A program made the translations under genes and the position numbers. Shown here piece after piece: positions 37,067-47,133 of a stretch of DNA of 54,558 nucleotides (position 1 is its first letter; the number at the start of each line of letters is the position of its first letter). The stretch is from a virus (Duplodnaviria > Caudoviricetes). The stretch covers positions 1 through 54,558 of the IMG/VR virus record IMGVR_UViG_3300013125_000008; one strand, written 5' to 3'. The notes beneath the pieces were generated by a model. It ran no database searches, was not told where the DNA came from, and saw only the letters and a program-made list of their open reading frames with translations.

Positions 37067-39091
37067 ATGCAAAAATCATTTTTTTATAACGATCAATATC
37101 CTACAGCCGATGACTTTAATAATATTGAAAGTACAAAAGCTTCTCAGAGCATATTAAGAAGTCAAGCGCCTCTTGGAAATTCCGGCGGAATAGGAAAAAA
37201 TTATTCTTTTTGGACCGGGTCTACATCTCGAGGTGGAATATTTGGAGATCCCTCTCAATCTTATGGAAGTGGAAACATCGATTTTCGTTGTACATCGCTT
37301 GTACCGTCTATAATAATTGTTTATTACGGTACTGCGATGGATAGAAATGGAGAAATAATTCAAATTCCTGCTGCACAAGCTTCAAAATATTGTAGTAGAG
37401 GAGCCTCTGATGCTAATTATGTTTGGACAACAGCAGCAAATGTTCAAAATTACGTAAAACTTTCACATCTTCAAGTTTCGGGTAGTATGCAATCTGATGA
37501 TAATGGTGTACAGTTTCCTACTAGATATACTGATAGCTATTACATTACAATAGATGGCACGGTTCCTACAGCAGATCAATTACTGCTCGCTACGTTTTCA
37601 GCAGACAGTTCTGGAAATGTTATAGCTATACAAGACCGTAGATCTTTTGTAAGAACTATAACGCCGGCAGACGCGGTAATCGTCGATCCGAGTTATCCTC
37701 ATTTAACGTTTGAGCCTACATTATCTGCTCATGTTAGAGCGACGGGATCAGGAACTCCAAGTCTTACAAATCCGCACGGTTTAGCAGTTAGCGATCTTGG
37801 TGGTTATAGCGTAGCTGAGCACGGATATAATCAACATTCAAACGGTATTTATTTATCTGTAAGAAATGCAGCTTCTTATGGCAGCTGGGCACCATCATTG
37901 ATAAACGCTTCTACCTTAACTTTTGCCGCTCCTGTAAATGCAGTTATGCTTATCGCGGGTGCACCGTATACACCAGAGGGCTTATCCGTACATATCTCAG
38001 ACGCTCCTGCTGCAGGAAATTATTGGATTATGTATGATCAGACTACTGCTGCTGCAGTATACGTAGCAGAAGCAACCGCATTAACTTGGCTAGCAGATGA
38101 TTCTCGACCGGATAACTATATAGCACTCGCTATGGTAAATGTTTACGATGCTGGAGGAGGAACGTTATTATTTAATCTTTCTGCGCCGTATCCTGTAGAT
38201 AAAAGACAATTCTTTAACATAACGCAGACTGAAATTAGAGCAGATGTCACAGAAACGGCGGCAAGTACTGCAATAACTGTAGCGGATAATCTTCAAGTTA
38301 ATCTTAATAGAATTCGCTATTATCTTGGAATGGCATTAAACGGTACAACAGTATGGAACGGCGCGAATCCTTTAACTAGCGGATATGTGTCTGACGGCTC
38401 TGCTTACCATACGCATACGCATACAGCGTTTACTCAATTTACTATCGGTAAGTATAACACGAGTACGCCAGGGGATAGAGGGATCTCGATTATGAAATCA
38501 GCTACTAAGATAGCTGGAATCTATTATAATTATAATCCTGCAGATTTGACAGTTAAGACTTGGAAAATTATAAGCGATTACGATTCAAGCGGGCCATCAA
38601 TGGAATATGCTACGTTAGAAGTTGGAGACATAAATATCTATAGTAATACAGGATATATGAAAGCAGTTACTTATCAAAAAGCAGCAGATCTTGTAGATAC
38701 ATTAACAGGAGGAACGTCGACAAATGCAGATACGCTACATACTCATAATGTTATTGCATCAACCTTAACAAGCTTTGTATTAGGGGCAGGAGCGGGGGAA
38801 AGAGAAGTTAATCATGCAACTGCGTATCAAAACACTGCGTTACATGCTATTTCGGTAGCTGTTCTTGTTACCGGCACTACAGCTACTGATTGTTATGCGG
38901 ATGTCTATGCCGGAACCGGCTCGGCAGCAGTTGTAAGTCGAGATGCTGCTTTAGTTATATACGGACATCAGCTATCGAAAGGTAGTTTAGATAATGAGCG
39001 ATTTACTGTAACATTTCTTGTTCCGAGTGGATATTATTACTTAGTCGATGCAACCGGCGTAATTGCAACCAGTTGGTGGGAAACAGCATAA
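37067..39091 (+). CDS. tail fibre / baseplate-attached fibre protein
   Basis: 674 aa; N-term GTAMDRNGEII...IQDRR, NPHG motif, HTH metal-knot motifs (YHTHTH, LHTHN), C-term TFLVPSGYYYLV. Confidence 0.6.
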   Translation: MQKSFFYNDQYPTADDFNNIESTKASQSILRSQAPLGNSGGIGKNYSFWTGSTSRGGIFGDPSQSYGSGNIDFRCTSLVPSIIIVYYGTAMDRNGEIIQIPAAQASKYCSRGASDANYVWTTAANVQNYVKLSHLQVSGSMQSDDNGVQFPTRYTDSYYITIDGTVPTADQLLLATFSADSSGNVIAIQDRRSFVRTITPADAVIVDPSYPHLTFEPTLSAHVRATGSGTPSLTNPHGLAVSDLGGYSVAEHGYNQHSNGIYLSVRNAASYGSWAPSLINASTLTFAAPVNAVMLIAGAPYTPEGLSVHISDAPAAGNYWIMYDQTTAAAVYVAEATALTWLADDSRPDNYIALAMVNVYDAGGGTLLFNLSAPYPVDKRQFFNITQTEIRADVTETAASTAITVADNLQVNLNRIRYYLGMALNGTTVWNGANPLTSGYVSDGSAYHTHTHTAFTQFTIGKYNTSTPGDRGISIMKSATKIAGIYYNYNPADLTVKTWKIISDYDSSGPSMEYATLEVGDINIYSNTGYMKAVTYQKAADLVDTLTGGTSTNADTLHTHNVIASTLTSFVLGAGAGEREVNHATAYQNTALHAISVAVLVTGTTATDCYADVYAGTGSAAVVSRDAALVIYGHQLSKGSLDNERFTVTFLVPSGYYYLVDATGVIATSWWETA

Positions 39092-39110
39092 AAAGATAGA
39101 TACTCTTATT

Positions 39111-39153
39111 ATTTCTTTGTTCTCCATTGAGTCTCAATAGGGAGAAATGAAAT
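39111..39153 (+). terminator. imperfect stem-loop after last structural gene (possible terminator)
   Basis: TTCTCC-ATTGA-gtc-TCAAT-a-GGGAGAA; no clear U tract. Confidence 0.3.
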
Positions 39154-39289
39154 CTCGCAGATGTTCTCATAAGATACGCGTTTAAAAAAAATTATAAAAT
39201 TTTATTAATTTTTTTTTTAATTAACTATTTGTTATCTAGAATATATTTTAACGTGTTTAATAACAGAACCATCGTTCGCCGAAAGCTTA

Positions 39290-39308
39290 TCTATTATTTA
39301 TTATTAGT
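39290..39308 (+). promoter_or_regulatory. candidate promoter motif TCTATTATTTATTATTAGT
   Basis: Near-identical copy (one-base deletion) at 47151-47168 in the other long intergenic region. Confidence 0.4.
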
Positions 39309-39439
39309 AATTAGTAATTGAGATTGAGAGATTAGTGTCAGCCGTCACCTTAGGTAATTAATAGAGAGAAAAGATTACGATAAATTAATCGTCTTCTACT
39401 TTACGTGTATTTAAATGAATAAATAAGAGTGAATTATAA

Positions 39440-39643
39440 ATGGAATATCCTTTTAAGCCAATCCGATCGGTACTTACGCATCAACCGCCAGCTGTTGACG
39501 AAGTAGATGTCTGTAAATATTGTCCGGCAGCTACCTACTATGCAGACCGTAAAACAGAGCGACTTTTTTCTCGGATCATCGGCCTTTGTGCTATTGCAAT
39601 TATTCTTCACAGTTTCATTTATATTATAAAGGCGTTATCTTGA
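39440..39643 (+). CDS. small membrane protein
   Basis: 67 aa, CKYC motif, C-terminal TM helix. Confidence 0.5.
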   Translation: MEYPFKPIRSVLTHQPPAVDEVDVCKYCPAATYYADRKTERLFSRIIGLCAIAIILHSFIYIIKALS

Positions 39644-39972
39644 AAAATTATGTAATAATTCGTGCTACCGCAACAACTTCGACCGTAATTGCAACTAAGC
39701 TTACTAAAGCCGCAGCTCTTTCTGCTGTAAGAGCAATGCAAGCTCAAGCGTTGCAGCTTAAAAGAGATCTCGCGCAATATCAACAAGCCGAGACCGCGTT
39801 ATCTTCTAAACAGTTCGCTTTACTGCAAGCTAAATTTATTAAAAAATATAAAGATCAAATAATTCCCTCCGCCGCGCCTTTTATTTTCTTACCGCTTATG
39901 TTAAAGGCAAAGCTCGGCGAATTAAAAGGTATGTATACAGTAGTAGCAGCAGAAATTATGGAGATACAATGA
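39640..39972 (+). CDS. hypothetical protein
   Basis: TTG 39640 overlapping previous TGA; ATGA overlap with next gene. Confidence 0.5.
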   Translation: MKNYVIIRATATTSTVIATKLTKAAALSAVRAMQAQALQLKRDLAQYQQAETALSSKQFALLQAKFIKKYKDQIIPSAAPFIFLPLMLKAKLGELKGMYTVVAAEIMEIQ

Positions 39973-41198
39973 TAAAGTTATTAATGGTAGCAGACGATAT
40001 ACGTTATTTCAGCGGAGTGGCAAATCAAGCGCGTATGTTATTAAAAGGTCTTTTATCTACTGGTAATTATGAAATCATGGAGATCGGTTCTTCTACATAC
40101 AAGCATCCTCCAAAGCTTGTTGAATTCGAGGGAATTCAAATATTACCCACGGTCGATCACGATGATCCAAATATTTTTCGTTCTGCGCTATTATCTTTTA
40201 AGCCTGACGTAGTCGTAGTTTTCGGAGATCCGAGATTCTTTCACAGGCTATTCTTACTGGATCGAGATATCCGCACTTCCGCAAAATTTATACTATGGCA
40301 TGCATGGGATAACGCTCCTGTTCCTTATTTTAATCGTAAATTTTATGAGTCTGTTGATCAATTAGTAATGATTTCTAATTTTTCTTATCAATTAATAAAA
40401 CCATTCGCAGAGCGGTTTGTGCCTATTGATTTTATTCCTCACGGATACGATAGTCAAGAGTTTTTTCCATTACCCGTCGAGGAGAGGAATAAAGAGATAA
40501 ATACATTATTAAATGTTGTCGGGTTTAAAGCTTTAGATAAGCCGTTTTTCGTCGGTTGGAATAATAGAAACCAAGATCGGAAGCGTCCGGGCACGGTACT
40601 CGAAGCTTTTGGAAAATTTCAACAAACTCATCCCGATGCTTTACTCTTATTGCACACATTGCCGAAAACGATCGAGGGTATTGATATCATTACTTTTTTA
40701 GAAGAAACTGCAATTGCTCCTTCCTCTTCCGTGATTTTCTTTCCGGCAATTTTGCCTTCGCAAGCAATGAATTCGTTTTATAATATAGCTGACGTTACAT
40801 TAAATATTGCATTTAACGAAGGCTTTGGTTTAAGTGTAGGAGAAAGCTTGACAGCGGGTACTCCCGGGATCGTTGTTTCTACGGGAGGGATGTCAGAGCA
40901 AATGACAGACGGTAAGCAAGTATTTGGTGAGTTGCTGCCGCCCTCTTTAAGAAATCTCAGCGGCACGGTAGCAGAGCCGTATCTTTATTGTGACTATGTT
41001 TCAGTAGATGAAATAGTTTCCGCACTTGAGCGTGTTTATAATAATAAAGATCGACAGGCTTTAGGACTTGCCGGTCGCGAGTTTATAACTCGCACTTATT
41101 CAAAAGATATGATGATAGCAAAATGGAATGATTTATTGCAGAAATTGCTTACAACTCCTACTACGTATGTTCCATTCTCTTTAACAAAGGTGCTATAG
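39969..41198 (+). CDS. glycosyltransferase, GT-B (GT4-like)
   Basis: SGVANQAR N-terminal loop, NRNQDRKRP, NEGFGLSVGE (EX7E). Confidence 0.85.
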   Translation: MIKLLMVADDIRYFSGVANQARMLLKGLLSTGNYEIMEIGSSTYKHPPKLVEFEGIQILPTVDHDDPNIFRSALLSFKPDVVVVFGDPRFFHRLFLLDRDIRTSAKFILWHAWDNAPVPYFNRKFYESVDQLVMISNFSYQLIKPFAERFVPIDFIPHGYDSQEFFPLPVEERNKEINTLLNVVGFKALDKPFFVGWNNRNQDRKRPGTVLEAFGKFQQTHPDALLLLHTLPKTIEGIDIITFLEETAIAPSSSVIFFPAILPSQAMNSFYNIADVTLNIAFNEGFGLSVGESLTAGTPGIVVSTGGMSEQMTDGKQVFGELLPPSLRNLSGTVAEPYLYCDYVSVDEIVSALERVYNNKDRQALGLAGREFITRTYSKDMMIAKWNDLLQKLLTTPTTYVPFSLTKVL

Positions 41199-42407
41199 AT
41201 GACACAAGTATTTGATATCGCTGTTTCGACTTCTTCGCAAACAAACGTGGTTATAAGAGCGCCTTTTTATAGCCTTTCAGGCTACGGAGCTCATGTAAGA
41301 GATCTTATCGAAGCACTTACTTTAGATCCTCAACTATCTGTTTACCTATTACCTACGGTATGGGGAGAATCGAGTGAATTATTTAGTAATAAAGATATGC
41401 AAGATTTACCTTCCGCCTTGCAATTACTTCCTTTTTATAATAGCCAATTTCCATTGTCGGAAGCGGTGTTTATACATATCGGATTGCCTTCCGAATTTGA
41501 AAGGTTAGGAAAAGTAAATATTGGCGTTACCGCCGGCCTTGAGACTACAGCTATTCCAGACGCTTGGCTAGAGGGCTTAAAAAATATTGATCTTTTAATT
41601 GTTCCTTCTTCCTTTGTGATGCAAGTGTTTTTAAGTTCTGGAGCTGAAGTACCGATTACGGTTATAGGAGAAGGTGTAAAAACTGATAAGTTTTTTCCAG
41701 AGACGGATAAGTCCTCTTTTAAGATCTTGGATAATCTACCTGAGTTTACTTTTTTGTATTCCGGACAATGGCTGCACGCTAATCGCCCTGCCGCGGATAG
41801 AAAAAATGTAGAAATGTTAATCCGCTGTTATTGTGAAGCTTTTTCCGGAAGGCAAGATGTCGGTTTACTATTAAAAACTCATTTTCTTAATTATTCTTCG
41901 ATTGATAAGTTTGAGGTTTTAAAGGCGCTTGCAAGAATTGTTAAATCCTATACTGATCCGCCCCCCGTATTTCTATTACACGGCGTATTATCAGACGATG
42001 AATTGCGTCATTTGTATAATCATCCTTCTATTAAGGCTTTTGTTTCTTGTACCGCCGGGGAAGGGTGGGGTAGAACCTCTGCAGAAGCTATTGCTTGCGA
42101 TTTGCCGGTATTGATTACAGGATGGTCTGGCCATATGGACTATATCGACTCTTCTTATTCTACTACATTTCTTTATGATTTAGTAGATATTGATACGGCG
42201 TTATATCAATACCCTTGGTTCCGACCTGGAATGAAATGGGCACATCCGAAAAAAGATGATGTTATTAGAAAACTTCAGCGAGTTAATGAAAGTTATAAAT
42301 TTAGCAAAGATCGTGCAGTCATCTACGGAAAGATTTTTCGAGAGAATTTTGAAAGTAAAAAATGTTATTCTGCGCTTGTAGAATTAATAAAAGCGAGAAG
42401 TAAGTGA
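41199..42407 (+). CDS. glycosyltransferase, GT-B (GT4-like)
   Basis: SLSGYGAHVR, DRKNV, GEGWGRTSAE (EX7E), ITGWSGHMDY. Confidence 0.85.
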   Translation: MTQVFDIAVSTSSQTNVVIRAPFYSLSGYGAHVRDLIEALTLDPQLSVYLLPTVWGESSELFSNKDMQDLPSALQLLPFYNSQFPLSEAVFIHIGLPSEFERLGKVNIGVTAGLETTAIPDAWLEGLKNIDLLIVPSSFVMQVFLSSGAEVPITVIGEGVKTDKFFPETDKSSFKILDNLPEFTFLYSGQWLHANRPAADRKNVEMLIRCYCEAFSGRQDVGLLLKTHFLNYSSIDKFEVLKALARIVKSYTDPPPVFLLHGVLSDDELRHLYNHPSIKAFVSCTAGEGWGRTSAEAIACDLPVLITGWSGHMDYIDSSYSTTFLYDLVDIDTALYQYPWFRPGMKWAHPKKDDVIRKLQRVNESYKFSKDRAVIYGKIFRENFESKKCYSALVELIKARSK

Positions 42408-42703
42408 TATTAGAAAAATCAATATTAACTGCAGAAGATATGCTCATAACGCAGCTTGGATTATTATCTATTCAAGAAATTCTTTCCAGCGTTAAGTTAG
42501 AGGAGTATAATAATAGGTTGCTAACTTCTTTAGTTGAATTAGAAGCCGCCCGACTTGCTGTTATTCCGATTCGAGAAAAGCCGGAGCTGCAACTTGATAT
42601 GGAGAGAGTTAAAGATTACGTAACTATATTAACTACGGCGCTAGCTAAAGCAAACGAGGTAAAACTTATTTTTAATATGTGGAGAGGAGAAACTGTAGTA
42701 TGA
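42404..42703 (+). CDS. hypothetical protein
   Basis: 99 aa, GTGA overlap. Confidence 0.55.
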   Translation: MILEKSILTAEDMLITQLGLLSIQEILSSVKLEEYNNRLLTSLVELEAARLAVIPIREKPELQLDMERVKDYVTILTTALAKANEVKLIFNMWRGETVV

Positions 42704-42758
42704 TTGTTTTTATTTGTAATAAGAAATTATTTATTATTGAACAAGAAAGGCGTAGTAT

Positions 42759-43310
42759 ATGATTTTAATTTATCCCGATGCCGTTCATGCGGTCTCTGTA
42801 CCAGAAATGTTGACTATTGCGTTAAAAGATTTTGATCTTTCAACGCTAACTCTACTTGATATCGGCTGCGGCGAAGCTTTTCACACCAGATCTTTATCTT
42901 TTAAGAGTAAAACTTTTGTAGATCTCGAGCCGAGGGGTAATTTTCCGCACGAGGTTATAAAAGAAGATGCGTTAAAGTTTTTGAATGCTGCCGTTTCCGC
43001 AGAACAAAAATATGATGTAGTAATAGCGCTAGATTTTATAGAGCATTTATTAAAAGATGACGGAAACGAGTTTCTTCAGCTATTAGATAAAGTAACCTCA
43101 AAAGTTTCGATTATCTTTACTCCACTCGGAGAATTCGGAGTGCATTCTTCTAATGAGCCGTGGTATCCTCACGCGCATTGGTCTGGATGGACAGGAGAAG
43201 AATTTGATCTTAGAGGCTATACTACTTCTGTTTATCCCGGCTGGCACGGAGTGATAGATGGTGTACGCCTCGGCGTAATTTTTGCTTATAAAATACATTC
43301 ACTTATTTAA
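42759..43310 (+). CDS. class I SAM-dependent methyltransferase
   Basis: LLDIGCG motif I, YDVVIALDFIEHL, IFTPLG, HWSGWT. Confidence 0.8.
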   Translation: MILIYPDAVHAVSVPEMLTIALKDFDLSTLTLLDIGCGEAFHTRSLSFKSKTFVDLEPRGNFPHEVIKEDALKFLNAAVSAEQKYDVVIALDFIEHLLKDDGNEFLQLLDKVTSKVSIIFTPLGEFGVHSSNEPWYPHAHWSGWTGEEFDLRGYTTSVYPGWHGVIDGVRLGVIFAYKIHSLI

Positions 43311-43361
43311 AAAAATATGAACTTGCTAATATTTACAGAATTGATAAGGCGCTGAAACTTT

Positions 43362-45281
43362 ATGTTTGTAGGCGTTGTTGTACCTGTTTTTAATCAATTG
43401 ACGTTCACTAAATTATTTTTGCATTCTCTATCTACGCAAATTTTACCAGAGTCTACGCAGCTTATTGTTATAGTAATTGATAATGCCTCTACAGATGGCA
43501 CGCAAGAGTTTTTAGAATTATGGAAAGTTCAATCTTCTAATTCTTTCGCCAGCGCAGTAGTTATTACGAATAGTGAGAACGTCGGATTTGCTAAAGCTGT
43601 TAATCAAGGTCTGCAGTATTTTCTAGATAATAGTAAAAAATACTCTTTGTCATCCGTACTTGTAGCAAATAATGATATGGAACTTGATCCGAACTGTATT
43701 CAAGCGCTCATTACTGCATCTGCAACCTATAAAGACGGGGGAGTGTTTGGTGGCCAGTTATTTTTACCCGATGGTAGGATTCAGCATGCCGGAGCACTAC
43801 TTGGAGTTTACGGCTGGGGAGTACATAAGTTCGGGGGAGTTAAAGACGAAGTCGGGCTTGCTAATGAAACAATCGAAGAGCAAGAATATGTAACGGGGGC
43901 ATTGTTTTATATAACAGCCGCTGCATTATCTCGCGTTCCGCAATTTGATCCTCGATTTTCTCCTGCCTATTTTGAAGAAGTAGATTATTGTTATGAATTG
44001 CGTAAAGTTGGGTTAAAAAGTTATTATGTTCCTGCTGCAAAAGCTGTACATTACGAGAGTAAAACTAGTAATTCTTTATTTGCAAAGAAAGAAGATGCAA
44101 AAGTTTTTCTTTCCGATACAAATCAGATTAAGTTTTACGCAAAAAGAGATCAAGAGTTGCGCGAGACATTCACCAGCGATAATAGACTTCTTATGAATTG
44201 CAAAATTTATGGAGAATGGAGTTTTTCAAAGGTAATGCGAAATCTTGCGAAGGGACTTTCTCGGGCAGGAGTTGATGTTTCCATAGCTCCAGAAGAGTAT
44301 CATCAACCGGGCGATATGCCCGATTGGGAAGTTAAGCAAATGATTCTTAAACCTAATGATTATTGGAATCGAGTAGCTTTGAGATCGTGCGAGGGAGATC
44401 AAATGTATCAACTTCCCGCTTCTTCTATTCGAATTGCTCATACTACAGGAGAGAGTAGTTATGTAAACCGTTCTTGGATATCTCAATTAAATCATGTTGA
44501 TAAGGTACTTACTACCTCTACGTTTTTCGCTAATAGGCTTTTAGAGCACGGCCTTAAAACCCCTATTGATATTCTTCCTAACAGCGTAGATTTATCAGTA
44601 TTTAAGCCCGAGAATCCGTTGGGAAAGGAAGCGGGCCTTGTGTTTCCTAATAAGAAATTTAAATTTTATTCGAATTTTCATTTCGGAGACAGAAAAAATC
44701 CTGTAGTTTTAATTAAAGCTTTTATAGAAGAATTTTCAGAGCAAGACGATACGATGCTATTTTTACATTCTCCGAATCTTGCTCAAATACTTCACCAAGC
44801 AGGCATGGATTTTAATTCTTGGATAGTGTCTATTGCCGGTGTGAAATCTCATGCTCCTATTTTATCTTCTTCTTCACTTATTCAAGAGAGGGTAATGAGC
44901 AAGTTATTTAATAATTTTGATTGTTTGGTTCTTCCGACTAGAGGAGAAGGATTTGGAATTCCGGTGATTGAGGCCGCTGCTCTTAAAATTCCGTCGATTG
45001 TCACGAATTATAGCGGTGTTACAGATTTTGTAACAGATGCAACTGGCTGGTTGATTGATTATAAGCTGATTGATATTCCTTTGCAGAAGTTTCCGTACTT
45101 CAAAAATTACGTAGGCGGACAGTGGGCGGATGCTGATAAAGATCATCTCAGAAGTTTGCTGCGGTATGCCTATGAACATCCTGAAGAGGTTGCACATAAA
45201 GGAGAGGAAGCTTATAAAAAAGTTCAAGCCTACTCAATTGAAGCCGTAGGGGACTTAGCAAAGCGTTTAATATTTACTTAA
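43362..45281 (+). CDS. bifunctional glycosyltransferase GT2 (GT-A) + GT4 (GT-B)
   Basis: VVVPVFNQ, IDNASTDGT, NVGFAKAVNQG, NND, YFEEVDYC; then DRKNP, RGEGFGIPVIE (EX7E). Confidence 0.9.
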   Translation: MFVGVVVPVFNQLTFTKLFLHSLSTQILPESTQLIVIVIDNASTDGTQEFLELWKVQSSNSFASAVVITNSENVGFAKAVNQGLQYFLDNSKKYSLSSVLVANNDMELDPNCIQALITASATYKDGGVFGGQLFLPDGRIQHAGALLGVYGWGVHKFGGVKDEVGLANETIEEQEYVTGALFYITAAALSRVPQFDPRFSPAYFEEVDYCYELRKVGLKSYYVPAAKAVHYESKTSNSLFAKKEDAKVFLSDTNQIKFYAKRDQELRETFTSDNRLLMNCKIYGEWSFSKVMRNLAKGLSRAGVDVSIAPEEYHQPGDMPDWEVKQMILKPNDYWNRVALRSCEGDQMYQLPASSIRIAHTTGESSYVNRSWISQLNHVDKVLTTSTFFANRLLEHGLKTPIDILPNSVDLSVFKPENPLGKEAGLVFPNKKFKFYSNFHFGDRKNPVVLIKAFIEEFSEQDDTMLFLHSPNLAQILHQAGMDFNSWIVSIAGVKSHAPILSSSSLIQERVMSKLFNNFDCLVLPTRGEGFGIPVIEAAALKIPSIVTNYSGVTDFVTDATGWLIDYKLIDIPLQKFPYFKNYVGGQWADADKDHLRSLLRYAYEHPEEVAHKGEEAYKKVQAYSIEAVGDLAKRLIFT

Positions 45282-45302
45282 TTATTTAATGTAGGAGCGC
45301 GT

Positions 45303-45965
45303 ATGATTACGCAAGATGGAAAAAAAATAATCTCCGAAAAGCCGGTTACGCCGCTGCAGTTCGTTTATAGTACAGGATTATTGTTTGAGATAAATCGTTG
45401 TATTTTACATCCTTTCGGTTTAGCTTTAGCTGTAATATTAGATGATGTTGATGATACTGCTATCTCTATCGAGTTTCAAGATGCTCGATCAGAGGAAGGG
45501 GGAATGGTTTATGACTCGGAGAGTATCGAAGCTGGCACTAAAAAAATAGCTTCCTTTCTGCGGAAAACTGGATTTAGACAGCTTGAAATTCGCAAGAAGT
45601 TAGCCGGTACGCTTGTGCAAGGAATTTTACCAGAATGGATGATAATCAATCCTTTACAGGCAGCTGATAGTCCTGAGGTTATCTTAGAAGATGCTGCTTT
45701 AGGTGAAACTGTTTCAGAAGACTCAAATCCTGTTTCTGCAAACTCAAATCCTGTTTCTGTAAACTCTTTACAGGAGGATAAAGCTGATCCTTCTATTAAG
45801 TTGTATAAGTTAAAGGATTTGACTATTGTAAATGAGAAACTTACACGGACTGCGACATATTGTGATCATGAGATTGAGAAACAAACAATAAGAGGCGGCG
45901 GAGCTTTTTATTTATGTAAGCTTTGCGGGTCTCAGTTTAATGATTCTGATTTATCTGTAGCTTAA
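45303..45965 (+). CDS. hypothetical phage protein with C-terminal Zn ribbon
   Basis: LLFEINRCILHPFGLALAV; CDH...CKLCG; AGGAG RBS. Confidence 0.6.
   Translation: MITQDGKKIISEKPVTPLQFVYSTGLLFEINRCILHPFGLALAVILDDVDDTAISIEFQDARSEEGGMVYDSESIEAGTKKIASFLRKTGFRQLEIRKKLAGTLVQGILPEWMIINPLQAADSPEVILEDAALGETVSEDSNPVSANSNPVSVNSLQEDKADPSIKLYKLKDLTIVNEKLTRTATYCDHEIEKQTIRGGGAFYLCKLCGSQFNDSDLSVA
45721..45766 (+). repeat. 21-bp in-frame tandem duplication
   Basis: ACTCAAATCCTGTTTCTG(C/T)AA x2 plus ACTC; encodes SNPVSAN-SNPVSVN. Confidence 0.85.
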
Positions 45966-45977
45966 CAAGGAGTAATA

Positions 45978-46280
45978 ATGCCGTTTATCGATTTTTATTG
46001 TAAAAAATGCGATCGCATCGAAGAAGATATGTTTTTTCAGCCTGCTCAAATGCCTCCGCCCGATCAATTATGTCCTAAGTGCAATGAGCCGATGCGGAAG
46101 TTGTACCCGTCTGTAGTGCATGCTAAAGTTGGTGCGATATTCGATAATGCAGATCGTGGTAAAGTAATTCAAGAGAAAAATAATAAGTTAAAAGCTATGC
46201 ATGCCGGATATTCTTACGAGCACTCTAGTATGCGACAAAAAATAGAAGCGCAAGTTCAGCAGAAGCTAGAGGGAAACTAG
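45978..46280 (+). CDS. FmdB-family zinc-ribbon protein
   Basis: MPFIDFYCKKC...CPKCNEPMRKL; AAGGAG RBS. Confidence 0.75.
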   Translation: MPFIDFYCKKCDRIEEDMFFQPAQMPPPDQLCPKCNEPMRKLYPSVVHAKVGAIFDNADRGKVIQEKNNKLKAMHAGYSYEHSSMRQKIEAQVQQKLEGN

Positions 46281-46281
46281 C

Positions 46282-47133
46282 ATGACGCTTGGAATTTATT
46301 GTTTTTTAAGAAATGCTCTAACATATGATTATCCTTTTAAAGAATCTATCCGTTCTTATTACGCTGTAGCTGATGAAATTGTTATAGCAGAGTGTTTTTC
46401 GGATAAGGATGATACGTATCTTCAATTATTAGAGCTTCAATTAGAGATGCCAAAACTTAAGATTATTCGATGTAATTGGGTAACGAATTGGAAAGGTTTA
46501 AGCGCGATTGCAAATGCTGCCGCAGCATGCCTTACTACGGATTTGAAATGGCAAATTCAAGGGGATGAGGTAATTCATGAAAAAGATTATCCGGAGATTG
46601 AAAGGTTAAAGCGTGGAGATTTTCAAGAAGGCAAAGACTGCTTTACGACGAATTATCATCATTTTCTTGGTAATTATGAGACAGAATTTCCTTTTGTTTA
46701 TCAGTGTATTCGAAGAATTTATTTAGCTACTTCTCCGTGGTTGTTGAGCGGGGACGCATGTCAGTTAGAAGGGGGAAAAAGCAGCAACGTAGCTAAAACT
46801 TCTATTTCTGTTTTTCATTATGGAAAAGTGCACGAGGGTGGTGTAGGATTTAGGAAAGAGGTGGATTTTCAAGCGCTGTACACAGATATAGGTTTTCCGG
46901 ATCCGAAACTTGCGTTGATGAAAGAGAAATTTTCTGAGGAGTTTTGCGATTATATTTTTCTTTTTGAAGACGCGATTCGTAAAAAAGAGATTTGGATTTT
47001 TGACGGTACGCACCCTTCTACGATGCGCGAGCGTATTAAGTTATTTAAAGATAGTGGCTGGGATCAATTTATATCTCGTATGAGTAGTGGTTTAGAAATT
47101 AAAAAAAAAGATAGATCAAAGTCCGAATGTTAG
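46282..47133 (+). CDS. glycosyltransferase, GT-A (GT2-like)
   Basis: DYPFKESIRS..VADEIVI, SDKDDT, QIQGDEVIHE (DxD-like), VFHYG. Confidence 0.7.
   Translation: MTLGIYCFLRNALTYDYPFKESIRSYYAVADEIVIAECFSDKDDTYLQLLELQLEMPKLKIIRCNWVTNWKGLSAIANAAAACLTTDLKWQIQGDEVIHEKDYPEIERLKRGDFQEGKDCFTTNYHHFLGNYETEFPFVYQCIRRIYLATSPWLLSGDACQLEGGKSSNVAKTSISVFHYGKVHEGGVGFRKEVDFQALYTDIGFPDPKLALMKEKFSEEFCDYIFLFEDAIRKKEIWIFDGTHPSTMRERIKLFKDSGWDQFISRMSSGLEIKKKDRSKSEC

Noticed and set aside
17334-39091. Extracellular contractile injection system or tailocin
   Set aside because: Portal, protease, scaffold, MCP and replication genes show a complete phage, not a headless tail system.
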